Both the position numbers and the translations under genes were made by a program. Below, one piece after another: positions 52,371 through 62,202 of a stretch of 64,000 bases of DNA (the stretch's first letter is position 1; every line of letters begins with the position of its first letter). The DNA is from a bacterium (GTDB taxonomy: Bacteria; UBA8248; JACPRG01; G963555815), in NCBI GenBank assembly GCA_965218795.1, contig OZ244653.1:4352001-4416000 (forward strand). The letters run 5' to 3'. The notes below the pieces were generated by a model, which saw only the letters and a list, made by a program, of their open reading frames with translations, did not search any database and was not told where the DNA came from.

Positions 52371-53612
52371 TTATCCGATTTTTAGCTCCCGCTCACACCG
52401 GTTAACGACCTCGGCGCCGTTTTCGGTCACGTACAACATGTCTTCCACAGAGGCCCCGCCCACCCCCTCGACAAACAGACCGGGCTCGATGTTGGCAAAG
52501 GTTCCCGCCTGATATGGGCGGTGTTCGCCGCCGTGCATGAAGGGAGGCTCCGAGTTGATAATCCCCGTTCCGTGGCCCAGCCAAACGTGGTTGATAAACT
52601 TTTCATAGCCGCTTTTTTGGGCTACCTTGACGGCCAGATTATACAATTCCTCACCCGTCACTCCTGGTCGCATGGCGTCCAACAACGCTTGATAAGTCTC
52701 CTCGACGACCCGAAAGAGGTCCTTCTGCTTACGGGAAGGCTTGCCGATGCTTACCGTCCGGCACATGTCAGCGTAATAGCCCATATAGCTGGAGGTCAGG
52801 TCGATAAAAAAGAGGTCCCCCTTCTCGAGCTTCCTGCCCGTATAATCAAAGGGCCTCACGTTGCTCATCACCCGGCTGGAGGAGGCGACGTACAGATGGG
52901 TTCGAGCGGTGCAGACGCCTACCTCCGCCCCCCGGGAAACCATGGCCCGCTGGGCCTTCAGGCCGACGTCGTACTCCGGCACACCCTCCCGGCAGGCCCG
53001 TAGGGCGGCGGTCATTCCTGCATCGGAATTCCGGGCGGTTTGCCGGATCATCTCCTTGTCATAATCGGTCTTCGCAGCGACGAAATCGAATAAGAGCCCG
53101 GTGATGTCCTTTATCCGGGTCGTGGAGAGGGCCTCTCCCAAAACCTTTCCGTAGAGGCTGGGGAGGTCTCCCTCGACGATACCCAGTGTTTCAGTGCGCC
53201 GAAAGAGGCTCCGGAAGAGCTTCGTCAGCTCTCTTTGCTGCCATTGAAACTCAACGTATGGGAAGGTCCGGATATCTTCGATCCAGCTCATCTCGCGCGC
53301 GGTATCAAGGAACCAGGGCCGGTCGATGAGAAGAACCGGAGGTTTAGACAGCCGAAGAACCAGAAGGGAGTACGCCACGGGGATCGGATGCACATAGTTG
53401 GCCAAGTATCGGACCCAGTTGGGCTTGTGGGGGGACCCATAAATCAGCAGCGCATCATATTCCCTATTCGCCATGAGTTTCTGGATGCGGTCAAGCCGTT
53501 CCCTCCAAACCTCCTCGGGGACCTTGGGGGTGAGACCCCGTGCCTTGCGGAGCTCGTCCTGATAACGGTCGCGGCGCACGCTTTTCGGCTCTTTCTGTCT
53601 ACGCATTCCCAT
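52371..53612 (-). CDS. M24 family (Xaa-Pro peptidase-like) metallohydrolase
   Basis: Creatinase_N-like N-terminus; ligand motifs ID, ADM.RT, GHG.G, EPG, VED. Confidence 0.88.
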   Translation of the reverse strand: MGMRRQKEPKSVRRDRYQDELRKARGLTPKVPEEVWRERLDRIQKLMANREYDALLIYGSPHKPNWVRYLANYVHPIPVAYSLLVLRLSKPPVLLIDRPWFLDTAREMSWIEDIRTFPYVEFQWQQRELTKLFRSLFRRTETLGIVEGDLPSLYGKVLGEALSTTRIKDITGLLFDFVAAKTDYDKEMIRQTARNSDAGMTAALRACREGVPEYDVGLKAQRAMVSRGAEVGVCTARTHLYVASSSRVMSNVRPFDYTGRKLEKGDLFFIDLTSSYMGYYADMCRTVSIGKPSRKQKDLFRVVEETYQALLDAMRPGVTGEELYNLAVKVAQKSGYEKFINHVWLGHGTGIINSEPPFMHGGEHRPYQAGTFANIEPGLFVEGVGGASVEDMLYVTENGAEVVNRCERELKIG

Positions 53613-53762
53613 GTTGCTCTCCTTAGGATGCTTTGAGAATCAGTTTCGGCGGGAATTCATTGGCATGGATCTCCTTGAGAGATACCGGGCGCTCCAATTT
53701 CATTTACTGTGTGAGTTGACCTTTGCGAGGGAAGAGATCCTGGGCTACGCGCTCCCTGGATT

Positions 53763-55292
53763 TCAATGCAGGTTGTACTGATAGCGCGCTTTGCTCGGCA
53801 GGCCGAGGTCCCACTCTCCGTAAAGTGTTTTGATTTCCGCCTCTACCTCCCGGAACAATGGACGGAGGGCCGAAAGACGCGGGTAGTGCTTTCCCATGAA
53901 TTGGTCGATCTCTTTCGCGATGGCCTCCTCATCCAAGGTCAGGACTGTTCCATCCCGCATGACAGCCTTGCCATCCACAAACACGGTGCGGACATCTCTG
54001 CCCAAACCCCGCTGCATCAGCAGGCTCAAGGGATCTACATCGGGGGAGATGGATGGGTAGCGGAGACGTCTCATATCCAGCAGGATGAAATCGGCCTTCT
54101 TGTCCGGAGATATTGAACCCAAGGACTCCGCTTGGAGAAGGGCCTGCGCCCCTCCCAGAGTGGCCATCTTGATCCACTCTTCCGGCGGGATCCGAGGCGT
54201 CAGAGCACCTGGTAGGCGCTGCAACAAATCTCCTAGGCGAAGGTCCATGAGGAGGTCATTGTCATCATTGACGCCGCACCCGTCGGCTCCGAAGGCCAGA
54301 TTCACGCCGATTTCGCGCATGACGTGGATGGGGGCGATGCCGCTCGAAAGCCTCAGGTTATTGGCGGGGTTGTGGACAATCACGGTGCCCCGTTCCTTGA
54401 GAATCTCGATGTCCTCCCATGTGAGCCAGACCCCATGGGCGCACGAGACATCCTCTCCCCAAAATCCCATCTCATCCATCCAGGCAACCAGGGATCTCCC
54501 GCCTGTCTTTGGGTCCGCAGCCCGTTGATAGGCGGTCTCAAGCAGGTGAATTTGAATGCCGGTGCTTTGTCCCTGCGCGGCGTCCTTGATGCGGGACAGA
54601 AGTTCATCCGAACACCACCGTGGCCCGGTAGGCCCCATAAAAATCCTCACCCGCCCGTCGGGTTCATGGAGATCTTCGAAGAACGAATCCCAAACCTCAA
54701 AAAATCGGTCGATATCCGGAAGACGGCGGAACCCACTTGCGGCCTCTTGCACATCGGTGGGAAGCTGACTCAGAATCTCCTCATCGCCTCCGTAATAAAG
54801 GCGGTTTCTGTCACCGATCCCGACACAAAACCCGACCCGTATCCCGCTGTCTTTGTAAGCCTGAACGGCGGTGGGGATTCCCAGGCGTTCCTGCTTCGGG
54901 ATTCCGACGTGGTGGTCCACCGCCGCAGTGCACCCCATCCGGATGAGTTCGATGCAGGCCCAAGCGGTATTGAGATAGACCTCCCGTTCCGAGAAACCTG
55001 CCCGGTAAATCCCTTGGAGGAAGGGGAGCCAGCACTCGAGCATCTGATCGCTATTCCCCCCCCGGAACGTGCGGCCTGGGGCGTGGTGGTGGGCGCTGAT
55101 CAGGCCCGGCATCAGGAGGTCGTCCTCCAGGGACCCCACCTCCTCATCGAATGGCCCGTGTCGGGATAGCACCTCGTAAGGGCCGACCTCGGATATGGTG
55201 TCGCCCTCAATCACTATCGCGCCGCGAGGGATAACCCCAAAGGCGTCATCCACCGTGACTACAAAGGATGCTTTGGCGAGAAATTTCCCCAC
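53763..55292 (-). CDS. Amidohydrolase family deaminase
   Basis: PGLISAHHH, IHLLET, AHGVW, HNP.NNLRL.SG, FGADG. Confidence 0.9.
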   Translation of the reverse strand: MGKFLAKASFVVTVDDAFGVIPRGAIVIEGDTISEVGPYEVLSRHGPFDEEVGSLEDDLLMPGLISAHHHAPGRTFRGGNSDQMLECWLPFLQGIYRAGFSEREVYLNTAWACIELIRMGCTAAVDHHVGIPKQERLGIPTAVQAYKDSGIRVGFCVGIGDRNRLYYGGDEEILSQLPTDVQEAASGFRRLPDIDRFFEVWDSFFEDLHEPDGRVRIFMGPTGPRWCSDELLSRIKDAAQGQSTGIQIHLLETAYQRAADPKTGGRSLVAWMDEMGFWGEDVSCAHGVWLTWEDIEILKERGTVIVHNPANNLRLSSGIAPIHVMREIGVNLAFGADGCGVNDDNDLLMDLRLGDLLQRLPGALTPRIPPEEWIKMATLGGAQALLQAESLGSISPDKKADFILLDMRRLRYPSISPDVDPLSLLMQRGLGRDVRTVFVDGKAVMRDGTVLTLDEEAIAKEIDQFMGKHYPRLSALRPLFREVEAEIKTLYGEWDLGLPSKARYQYNLH

Positions 55293-55377
55293 GTCATCCC
55301 CTCCGTGTCTTCCTTACCCCGGCGGAAGGCAAAACCTTTCTCATTGACCTTAATTTACGCTTAATTAGGCATTTGTT

Positions 55378-55405
55378 GGGGGCGGGTACGGATCCCCGCC
55401 CCTAC
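55378..55405 (-). repeat. GTAG-type REP-like palindrome
   Basis: Minus strand GTAGGGGCGGGGATCCGTACCCGCCCCC. Confidence 0.55.
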
Positions 55406-55431
55406 AGTTGGAGGGAAGAAAAGGGATCGCG

Positions 55432-55470
55432 AAAAAGGAGCCCCGGAGGGGATACTCTCTCCGGGGCTCC
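55432..55470 (-). terminator. Rho-independent terminator of the binding-protein gene
   Basis: GGAGCCCCGGA..TCCGGGGCTCC stem followed by TTTTT on the minus strand. Confidence 0.8.
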
Positions 55471-55518
55471 GTCTCGACCCTTGTCAGGCTAAAGATGGCG
55501 TCCTCTCCAACCGCTGGC

Positions 55519-56544
55519 TTACATTGCCTTGTCGCCCAGGGCGGCCTTAATGGCGGGCCACTGGGGGAGGAACCGGTTGGTGTACATGTCTCCCGTCGGA
55601 ACGCGTTTCTTCAGCTTCTGGAGCTTGGTGAGCAACTCGACGGTATTGTCCATTTTCTCGTGGTCCATGTATCCCAAGCCGTGCAGCCGGACTCCCTCGT
55701 CGAACATATACTCAGTATTGATGGCGAAGTGGTGGCGGATGATGGGCTTGCTCATCCCCGGGGCGTACTTGAGGAAGTTCTCGATGGCCTCGTCCGGGTG
55801 GAGGAGCGACCACCCAAAGGCCTCCATGACGGCCTTTACGGCATTGCGAACAAACTTGGGGTTGGACTCGATCGTGGCATCGCGGACGATGACGCCGTTG
55901 CTGTAAACTTTCACGCCCCAGTCTCCGTAGGAGAAATATCCGAGCTCCTTTCCAATCTTGGCGACCGCGATACGGAGTTGGGGTATCTCGGTGACATAGT
56001 AGAGGGCCACATCCTGCTTCCCGCTCAGGAAGGAGGGGAGGACCTGCCCATAACCGATGTTAATCCACTCGATGGTCTTATCGTCGAACCCGTTGGCGGC
56101 GGCAAAGGCCGGGAAAATGACGCGGACGGAGGTGGCTATCGGCGAGCCGATCGTAGCGCCTGCCAAGTCCTTGGGCGTCTTGTAGCCCTTATCTTTGAAG
56201 AAGACAGCGATCATGGGCGTCTTGGCGTGGATCATGGCCACTTCTTTGACCTTGACGTCGCTGTTGCCCCGCGCGTTGACCAGCGAACCGGCATCGGCGA
56301 ACCCGATAGGGGCAATCTTGCTGGCAACGTCCTTGATGGTTCTACCCGAACCGAAGCCCCGCTTGTACTCCACGTCCAGACCCACCTTCTTGTAGAAGCC
56401 CTTGTCCTGGGCTGCGAAGAAAGCCGCGTGTTTTCCATAGACGATCCAGTCCAGCAGGAAGGTGGTTTTTCCAGCGACGGCCTGCCCCGTCAGGCCCCCC
56501 GCCAAGAACAGAAATGCGGCGACGACGACCAAAAGCTTTTTCAT
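55519..56544 (-). CDS. NMT1/THI5-like ABC substrate-binding protein
   Basis: Signal peptide; LDW...G.HA.FF.A..KGFY...GLDV, TPKDL.G, YTNRF. Confidence 0.9.
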   Translation of the reverse strand: MKKLLVVVAAFLFLAGGLTGQAVAGKTTFLLDWIVYGKHAAFFAAQDKGFYKKVGLDVEYKRGFGSGRTIKDVASKIAPIGFADAGSLVNARGNSDVKVKEVAMIHAKTPMIAVFFKDKGYKTPKDLAGATIGSPIATSVRVIFPAFAAANGFDDKTIEWINIGYGQVLPSFLSGKQDVALYYVTEIPQLRIAVAKIGKELGYFSYGDWGVKVYSNGVIVRDATIESNPKFVRNAVKAVMEAFGWSLLHPDEAIENFLKYAPGMSKPIIRHHFAINTEYMFDEGVRLHGLGYMDHEKMDNTVELLTKLQKLKKRVPTGDMYTNRFLPQWPAIKAALGDKAM

Positions 56545-56675
56545 GTTTGCACCCCTTTGCCGGTGAGACGGAAATCCAATCCCGGAAAACCCTCTGCCGA
56601 CCTCCCGTTGACACCTGGTTGAACGGAAGTTTCCCATTTCAAATTCAGACAGCCCTCTATTGACCACTCATTGCT

Positions 56676-56714
56676 GTCTAACCCGATTAGACCCCTCTTT
56701 GCCGGGGCCGTCAA
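56676..56714 (-). promoter_or_regulatory. Putative sigma70 promoter with overlapping palindromic operator
   Basis: TTGACG-17 bp-TCTAAT on the minus strand; GTCTAA-N5-TTAGAC at 56676-56692. Confidence 0.5.
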
Positions 56715-56786
56715 GAGGCTGTCCCATTCTTAGTTGAAGGTTGAAAAAAAGAGGTGGCGGTTCACTCCTGCCGACTCGGTTAGAAT

Positions 56787-57323
56787 TGCCCTGCCCCCTT
56801 TCAAGGGAGTCCAGTTTATAAAAGAGTATTCCTGGATTGTAGAAGGAGGCGAAGGCTGGCCAGGAAGCGGTTTACGGCCGAGCCGATCATCATCAAGCTG
56901 CGAGAGGCGGAGGTGTCCCAGTCCCAAGGGAAGACGGTAGGCCAGGAGTGTAAGCAGATCGGGGGTGACTGAGCAGACCTACGACCGGTGGCGGAAGGCG
57001 TACGGGGGTCTGAGGATGGCCCAGGCCAAGCGTCTGAAGTCCTTGGAGAAGGAGAATGGCCGGCTGAAGAAGCTGGTGGCGGGTCTGTCTGTGGACAATC
57101 AGATTCTGAAGGAAGTCTCCTCGGGAAACTTCCAGGCCCGGCGAAGAGGAGAGGAGCCGTGGTATGGGTACGAGAGCGGTTCGGACCTGAGCGAGTCTGT
57201 GAGCGTCGGGCCTGCCGCGTGCTGGGACAGGCTCGATCGACCCAACGAAGAGTCCGACAGATTTCCAAGGAAGAGGGACAATCTGGTGCTCCGGATGGTA
57301 GAACTGGCCAGTCAGTATGGCCG
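56787..57323 (+). mobile_element. IS3 (IS407-group-like) element, 5' part, degenerate
   Basis: End TGCCCTGCCCCC; IIKLREAEV, TEQTYDRWRK.YGG, RLK.LEKEN.RLKKLV, VCERRACRVLGQ.RST. Confidence 0.85.
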
Positions 57324-57349
57324 TGTATGGACGCCCCCGTGAATGCAAG

Positions 57350-57560
57350 CGTTTTCTTCGGACAGTTCGGAGCAATGTGGTCAGGTGCAGTCGTGTATCC
57401 GGCCTTCTGATGCGGCGGGTCACACGCCGCGGGCCCGTATGGAGATGCGCGGACCAGGTCCAAATCGGTACGGCGAGCTCGAGGGCTCTTGGCCATACCC
57501 TAGGTTTTCCCGATCCCGTCTCGTTGACCGTTGTCCCTTACCCGTCCTCCGACCTGCTCA
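57350..57560 (-). ncRNA. Putative bridge/seek RNA of the IS110 element; boundaries approximate
   Basis: Non-coding end with 8- and 9-nt matches to both target strands flanking a hairpin, plus donor-junction matches. Confidence 0.75.
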
Positions 57561-57590
57561 CATGTCCGACGTCATCCGCGCGCCTGTCGC

Positions 57591-58615
57591 TCAGACGGCC
57601 GGCGCCGGCTCCCGATAGACCGCTTTCTTCGTCATCAACGCCCAGGCGGTCCGCGCCATTCGATTCGCCAGCGCCACCGCGACCAGCATCCGCGGCTTGC
57701 GCGCCAGCATCCGAGCCAGCCATGAGCCTGCCGGCGCACCGCGCCAGGCCGCCCAACGGACCACCGCCATCGCGCCCGTGATCAACAGCCGCCTGACATC
57801 GCGCTGGCCCATCTTCGATATCTTGCCCAGCCGCGGCTTGCCTCCGGTGGAGTTCTGCCGCGGGACAAGCCCGAGCCAGGCCGAGAAGTCACGGCCGCGC
57901 CGGAAGCTTTCCATCGGCGGCGCGAAGGCCTGGATCGCCATCGCACTGATCGACCCGATCCCCGGGATGGTCATCAGACGTCTCGCCTCTTCGTCCTGGC
58001 GCGCACCCGTGTGGAGTTGCCTGTCCAACTCCCGAATCTTCTCGTTCAGGCCGGCAATCTGATCAAGCAGAACACCGCCCAGCTCGCGGACCGCCTCGGG
58101 CAGCCCCGAGCCCGGCTCTGCAAGGGCCAACGCCAGCCGGCCCACATACGCCAGTCCCTACGGAGCGATGACCCCGAACTCCGCCAAGTGGCCCCGTAGC
58201 GCGTTGATGGTCTGCGTGCGCTGGCGCACCAGCAAATCGCGCGTGCGGAACAGCATCCCGTGGGCCTGCTGGCCCTCCGTCTTCACGGCCACAAAGCGCA
58301 TGGTCGGGCGAGAGGCCGCCTCGCAGATCGCCTCCGCCTCCGCGGCGTCGTTCTTGTGACGCTTGACGAAGGGTTTCACATAGACCGGCGGCATGACTTC
58401 ACCTCATGGCCAAGCTTGCCGATCTCACGACCCCAATAGTGCGCGCTCGCACATGCCTCCATCGCAACCAGACAGCGTGGGTGCGAGGCCAGAAAGTCCA
58501 GCACTTTCCCCCTGGTCAGCTTCTTGCGGAATGCAACCGATCCGTCCGTCCGCGCACCGTGCAGTTGAAAGCCTTGTTTCGCCAAATCGATGCCGATGAT
58601 GTTCACTTGTTCCAT
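57591..58615 (-). pseudogene. IS110 DEDD recombinase with frameshifts near 58397 and 58160
   Basis: IGIDLAK, VAMEAC, KND..EAEAI, IPGIG, SAWLGLVP...STGG, ISK.G...RRLL; split over three ORFs. Confidence 0.92.
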
Positions 58616-58695
58616 GGACGCTTCCTCCTTCAGGGGTTGAACACGACACCACCTTGCCACAACGTGATGCCGTCGGGAGGGGGCGTCCACCCCAT

Positions 58696-59020
58696 CGGTA
58701 CGGCTACCGGAGGATCACGGCGATTCTTCGCCTTAGAGGGGTGGAAGGTGAACCCCATAGGGAGTGGAAAGGCTTTGGAGACAGGAAGGGCTGAAGGTCC
58801 CGTCCAGACAGCCGAAACGAAGGAGACTGTGGCTCCATGACGGGTCCTGCGTGCGCCTGAGACCGACTCATCGGAACCATGTCTGGAGCTATGCCTTCAT
58901 GCATGAGCGTACCCAAAAGGGGAGGGCTTTCCGGCTGCTGACCATTTGGATGCGTACAGCCGGGAATGTTGTTCCATTGATGCCCCAAGGCAGATGAATC
59001 ACCAGGATGTGCTGGAAAGG
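58696..59020 (+). mobile_element. IS3 element, 3' part, truncated
   Basis: RYGYRRITA.LR.EGWKVN, ERLWRQEGLKVP..Q.KRRRL, NHVWSY. Confidence 0.85.
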
Positions 59021-59135
59021 ACCCGACGAAATCTCCAGGTTGATGGAGAATCTAGGTAAGACTAGCCGGGCGTGTTAACGAAAAAGCGAATGAACGCTTT
59101 CGTCGCTTCTCTTCTTCGAATACCATCGTCGGGCT

Positions 59136-59893
59136 TCAACCTTTTCCGTCATTGCCCAGGACGTCACAAGACGCCAATAACTGTTTTGCAATAGCTTCCG
59201 CCGGCACTCGGACCCATTCCTGGTGTACAAACGTGAATGCGAGCATATGTACGAGAGTGAACAAGCAGCCGGCCCATGTGGGCTTATCGATAGCCTGGAG
59301 CATGATGTAGCGTCGCCCTTCCATGAGACGGCTATGGCAGCCACTATGGCTGCAATGACCAAACCGTCGACAAGAAGTGCAAGCGGTTTGAGCGCCCATA
59401 TATTTCGCCGAAAGCCGTAGTTGACGTTCTCCTCGAAGATGAGCCGGAACCTCTCGCGATCCGTCACTTGAGCTAGCAGCCAAGCCGTGGCACTCTCGTA
59501 TCCTTCGTCGGCCTTTGTTGGAGACCTCTTTTCGTCTTGCGGCGTCGCCAGCTTCAGTTGGGGAACGTTGCGCTCCAAAAATGCCCGATACCGATCCTTT
59601 GCCGCCGTCGGGATGCGCGCATCACGATGCCGTAGCATCACTACGGACGGCTTCCCGCCCCACGCTTGAAACAGGTTCGGTTCAAGTGCTTTCCCTCGAT
59701 CCCGCCCAAACTGCGTCAACCACGTTGCGCCACCGCAATAAACCACCAATCCGATGACGGCCGCCCACGTTGACTGAAATTCTGGAACAAGAAGCGCGAA
59801 GACAACCAAGATGGGCAGCAGGGTCAGAAGCGCTGGCTGAAGCCGGGCCTTCCGATTGTAGGGGTCGCTGATGAGTGTTTCGATGTTGAGCAT
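59136..59893 (-). pseudogene. Multi-TM membrane protein, last gene of the MBL/E2-E1-JAB operon; frameshift near 59310
   Basis: D.YN.KARL.PA, EN.NYGFRRN; final TM helix and stop lie in ORF 59136..59483. Confidence 0.65.
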
Positions 59894-62194
59894 TTAGGCG
59901 CTCCCAACAGCAGCGTCTGTTGCATCAGCAAGAAGCGCATGAATAGCGGCCGGCGTTTGGATCAACAGAATTGCCGGCGTCAGGCGTGCTACCGATACTG
60001 CGGTTGCCGTCGAGCGATCCATCGGGGATGGGTCACTGGGAGAAAGATGACTGTGCCAAGTGCCAAGGCAATAGAGCGACCAACCGCTTGACTCCGAATA
60101 GGCTTTTAGACGTTGGCGAAGCCCTTTCGTCCCGAGGACAAACTCACTCGCGGAGCGGGTACTATCCTCAGGCGCTTCCAGTACATCAACCACATGGAAG
60201 GTGTGGGACACTTCTGACAATCGTCCAACGAGCACGCCGCCGGTCTCGACCTGGGGCCGGTTCGCAGTTTCCTCCTGGATTTTTGCCAGTGCACGCGAGT
60301 GAATGCGAACGCGCCAGGCTTCTCCATTGATTGTGCCAACTTCGGTCACCGGAGGGACTTTGTGTGCGCGCCACTTGAGACCAATCTCGCGTTCGGACAG
60401 CTGACCTAAAAGGACTTCACCGCTGTCCCCAGGGAGGCCGTCGCGTTGCTTTCCCAACAGGTATTCGGACATGCCGGCCGCGAAAAGCGAAAGCCGTCCA
60501 TCGGACATGGTCATCGTCAGGGAGCCGCAGCCTTGGCCGAGAGCCTGCCGGGATGCCGTGTCATCGGCTCCAAATATGAGTGACGCCATAGTCGCGTCCT
60601 CCCGAATGAGGGCGTAGCACTCTGCCATGAGGTCGCCGGTGTTAGGGTTGCGCTCAGGTCCCTCGACAGTGACCATCCCGACGGCGCCGCCAGCGAATAG
60701 GGATGTTTCGATCACGCGGGCAGGCAGCCGGTTATTTGAGGCAAGCGCTTCTCGGACAACAAGCGATGCGGTTATGTTTACAACTGCCCACGACCGCTTC
60801 GACCAGGGACGGCTGACCTTGCATTTAGACTCCAAGATTCTCACGGCGTTCGCAAGGATCGGCGTTGCTTCCTGTTCAAGTCCATGTAATGCCCCGCACA
60901 GCGACCGGGCTTTGGCATCCATCCAGAGGAGCTGCATATCCCCCGTCGTGGGGATGAGCGCATGCCGCGCCGCGTTGTGCGGCGTCATCGACGACTGGTC
61001 GATGACAACCTCGGGGCCGTTCCCGGCGCGCGCGAGATGGAGCGCCAACTTGGATCCCAGACTATCGGCACCAATCAGTGTCCACCGTGGCCGTTCGGAA
61101 GTTGCCGCGTGGCCTGCCATCTGGGCGAGGAGGGCGCGGGTTATCGCATTGCGATGTGCGGCCGGTCGCACTGGTGTCGCGCCATCATCAGAAGACAAGT
61201 CGGGCGAGTAAATGTCCATGACATACGGGCACAACTCGATGGGACTCTGGCTGCCGATAACCTTGTAAGGTCGACGCGCCAAAAGCACCACGGCGAGCGG
61301 GAATGGCCCCATCTTGGAAACTCTGGATAGGCATCGCTTGAGCCACTTGAGCCCGTTATCGAGTTCAGCGGCACAGCCATAGAGCTTAGCGCGATCTCGA
61401 AGCTCATCGACATTGGTTACGGCTTCGGGAAGGTATGTATCGCAGACAATCAACTTGCCAGACGGCTGTTTTCCAGGCCACACGACCATTGCCAGCGACC
61501 GGCCGTGTCGTAGTTGGGCGTCCTTGCCAACCGCCGCTTCTCTGAAGATACTCGGTACGGTTTTGCGGTTGATTTGAGGGATTACGGTTTTAATCTGGCC
61601 GTGAATGGCGCCCAATGCGCCGTTAGTGACAAGTCGCAAGTAATCGAGTTCAAAGAAACTGTATCCGCCGTCACGGTTCACCAATCCGCGCAGCCCTTCG
61701 GCGTCGGCGATGAGGTCATCTTCGAAGCTATCACGCCGAACAGGTTCCCAACCTTGTTTCGGGTCGATGAGTGTGCCCATGGCTGCACGTTCAAGCCAAA
61801 CTGCGGTCTGATTTAGGATGCCGGCTAACCCTTCCAGCTGGAGCAGTTCGGCCAGGTTGCCATCGTAGAGGCAGGGCACGGGCCGCCCATCCGTCAACCA
61901 CGGCTGCATGTGTGGCAGATTCCGGTTGAAGTCAGGGCGCAGCGATACTTCGGGTGGGTCAAGCGGGAATCCACTCGGAAAGTCGAAGCGCACGACCTCC
62001 TGAAGCCTGACACCCGATGGACTCGAGCCCTGCCGCTTCCAGCGGCTTGGTAGGTGCACGTCGAACGTCACGTCCACCGCGGTTGTCCCAGTCACTTTGT
62101 CAAAGGATGGAATCCCGACCAGAGATACGGCAGGATGGTCGGACACCAGAGCCAGCGCTCGCAAGATCGTTTTACTGGGCCGGACGTCCGCCAT
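59894..62194 (-). CDS. Prokaryotic E2-E1(ThiF)-JAB fusion protein
   Basis: E2: FP..FP..PP.V.LR.DF...PH..PCLY; E1: IGADSLGS, HN.ARH, GCGS; JAB: ETGG..WHSH..PS..D. Confidence 0.88.
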   Translation of the reverse strand: MADVRPSKTILRALALVSDHPAVSLVGIPSFDKVTGTTAVDVTFDVHLPSRWKRQGSSPSGVRLQEVVRFDFPSGFPLDPPEVSLRPDFNRNLPHMQPWLTDGRPVPCLYDGNLAELLQLEGLAGILNQTAVWLERAAMGTLIDPKQGWEPVRRDSFEDDLIADAEGLRGLVNRDGGYSFFELDYLRLVTNGALGAIHGQIKTVIPQINRKTVPSIFREAAVGKDAQLRHGRSLAMVVWPGKQPSGKLIVCDTYLPEAVTNVDELRDRAKLYGCAAELDNGLKWLKRCLSRVSKMGPFPLAVVLLARRPYKVIGSQSPIELCPYVMDIYSPDLSSDDGATPVRPAAHRNAITRALLAQMAGHAATSERPRWTLIGADSLGSKLALHLARAGNGPEVVIDQSSMTPHNAARHALIPTTGDMQLLWMDAKARSLCGALHGLEQEATPILANAVRILESKCKVSRPWSKRSWAVVNITASLVVREALASNNRLPARVIETSLFAGGAVGMVTVEGPERNPNTGDLMAECYALIREDATMASLIFGADDTASRQALGQGCGSLTMTMSDGRLSLFAAGMSEYLLGKQRDGLPGDSGEVLLGQLSEREIGLKWRAHKVPPVTEVGTINGEAWRVRIHSRALAKIQEETANRPQVETGGVLVGRLSEVSHTFHVVDVLEAPEDSTRSASEFVLGTKGLRQRLKAYSESSGWSLYCLGTWHSHLSPSDPSPMDRSTATAVSVARLTPAILLIQTPAAIHALLADATDAAVGSA

Positions 62195-62202
62195 TGATCT
62201 TC

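Larger units (their letters stand above)
57324..58695 (-). mobile_element. IS110-family (IS1111-type) element inserted at a CG core
   Basis: Subterminal IRs TGGACGCCCCC (57328-57338) / GGGGGCGTCCA (58679-58689); CG at both junctions; removal restores IS3 SQYGRYGYRRIT. Confidence 0.92.

Noticed and set aside
52371-53612. Creatinase call for the M24 protein
   Set aside because: All five metal ligands (D, D, H, E, E) are present, whereas creatinases lack them
56545-56790. TPP riboswitch before the NMT1/THI5 gene
   Set aside because: No CTGAGA or other TPP core motif seen on the coding strand
59894-62194. CBASS, Pycsar or Bil system
   Set aside because: No cyclase or ubiquitin-like gene in the operon; the partner is an MBL hydrolase
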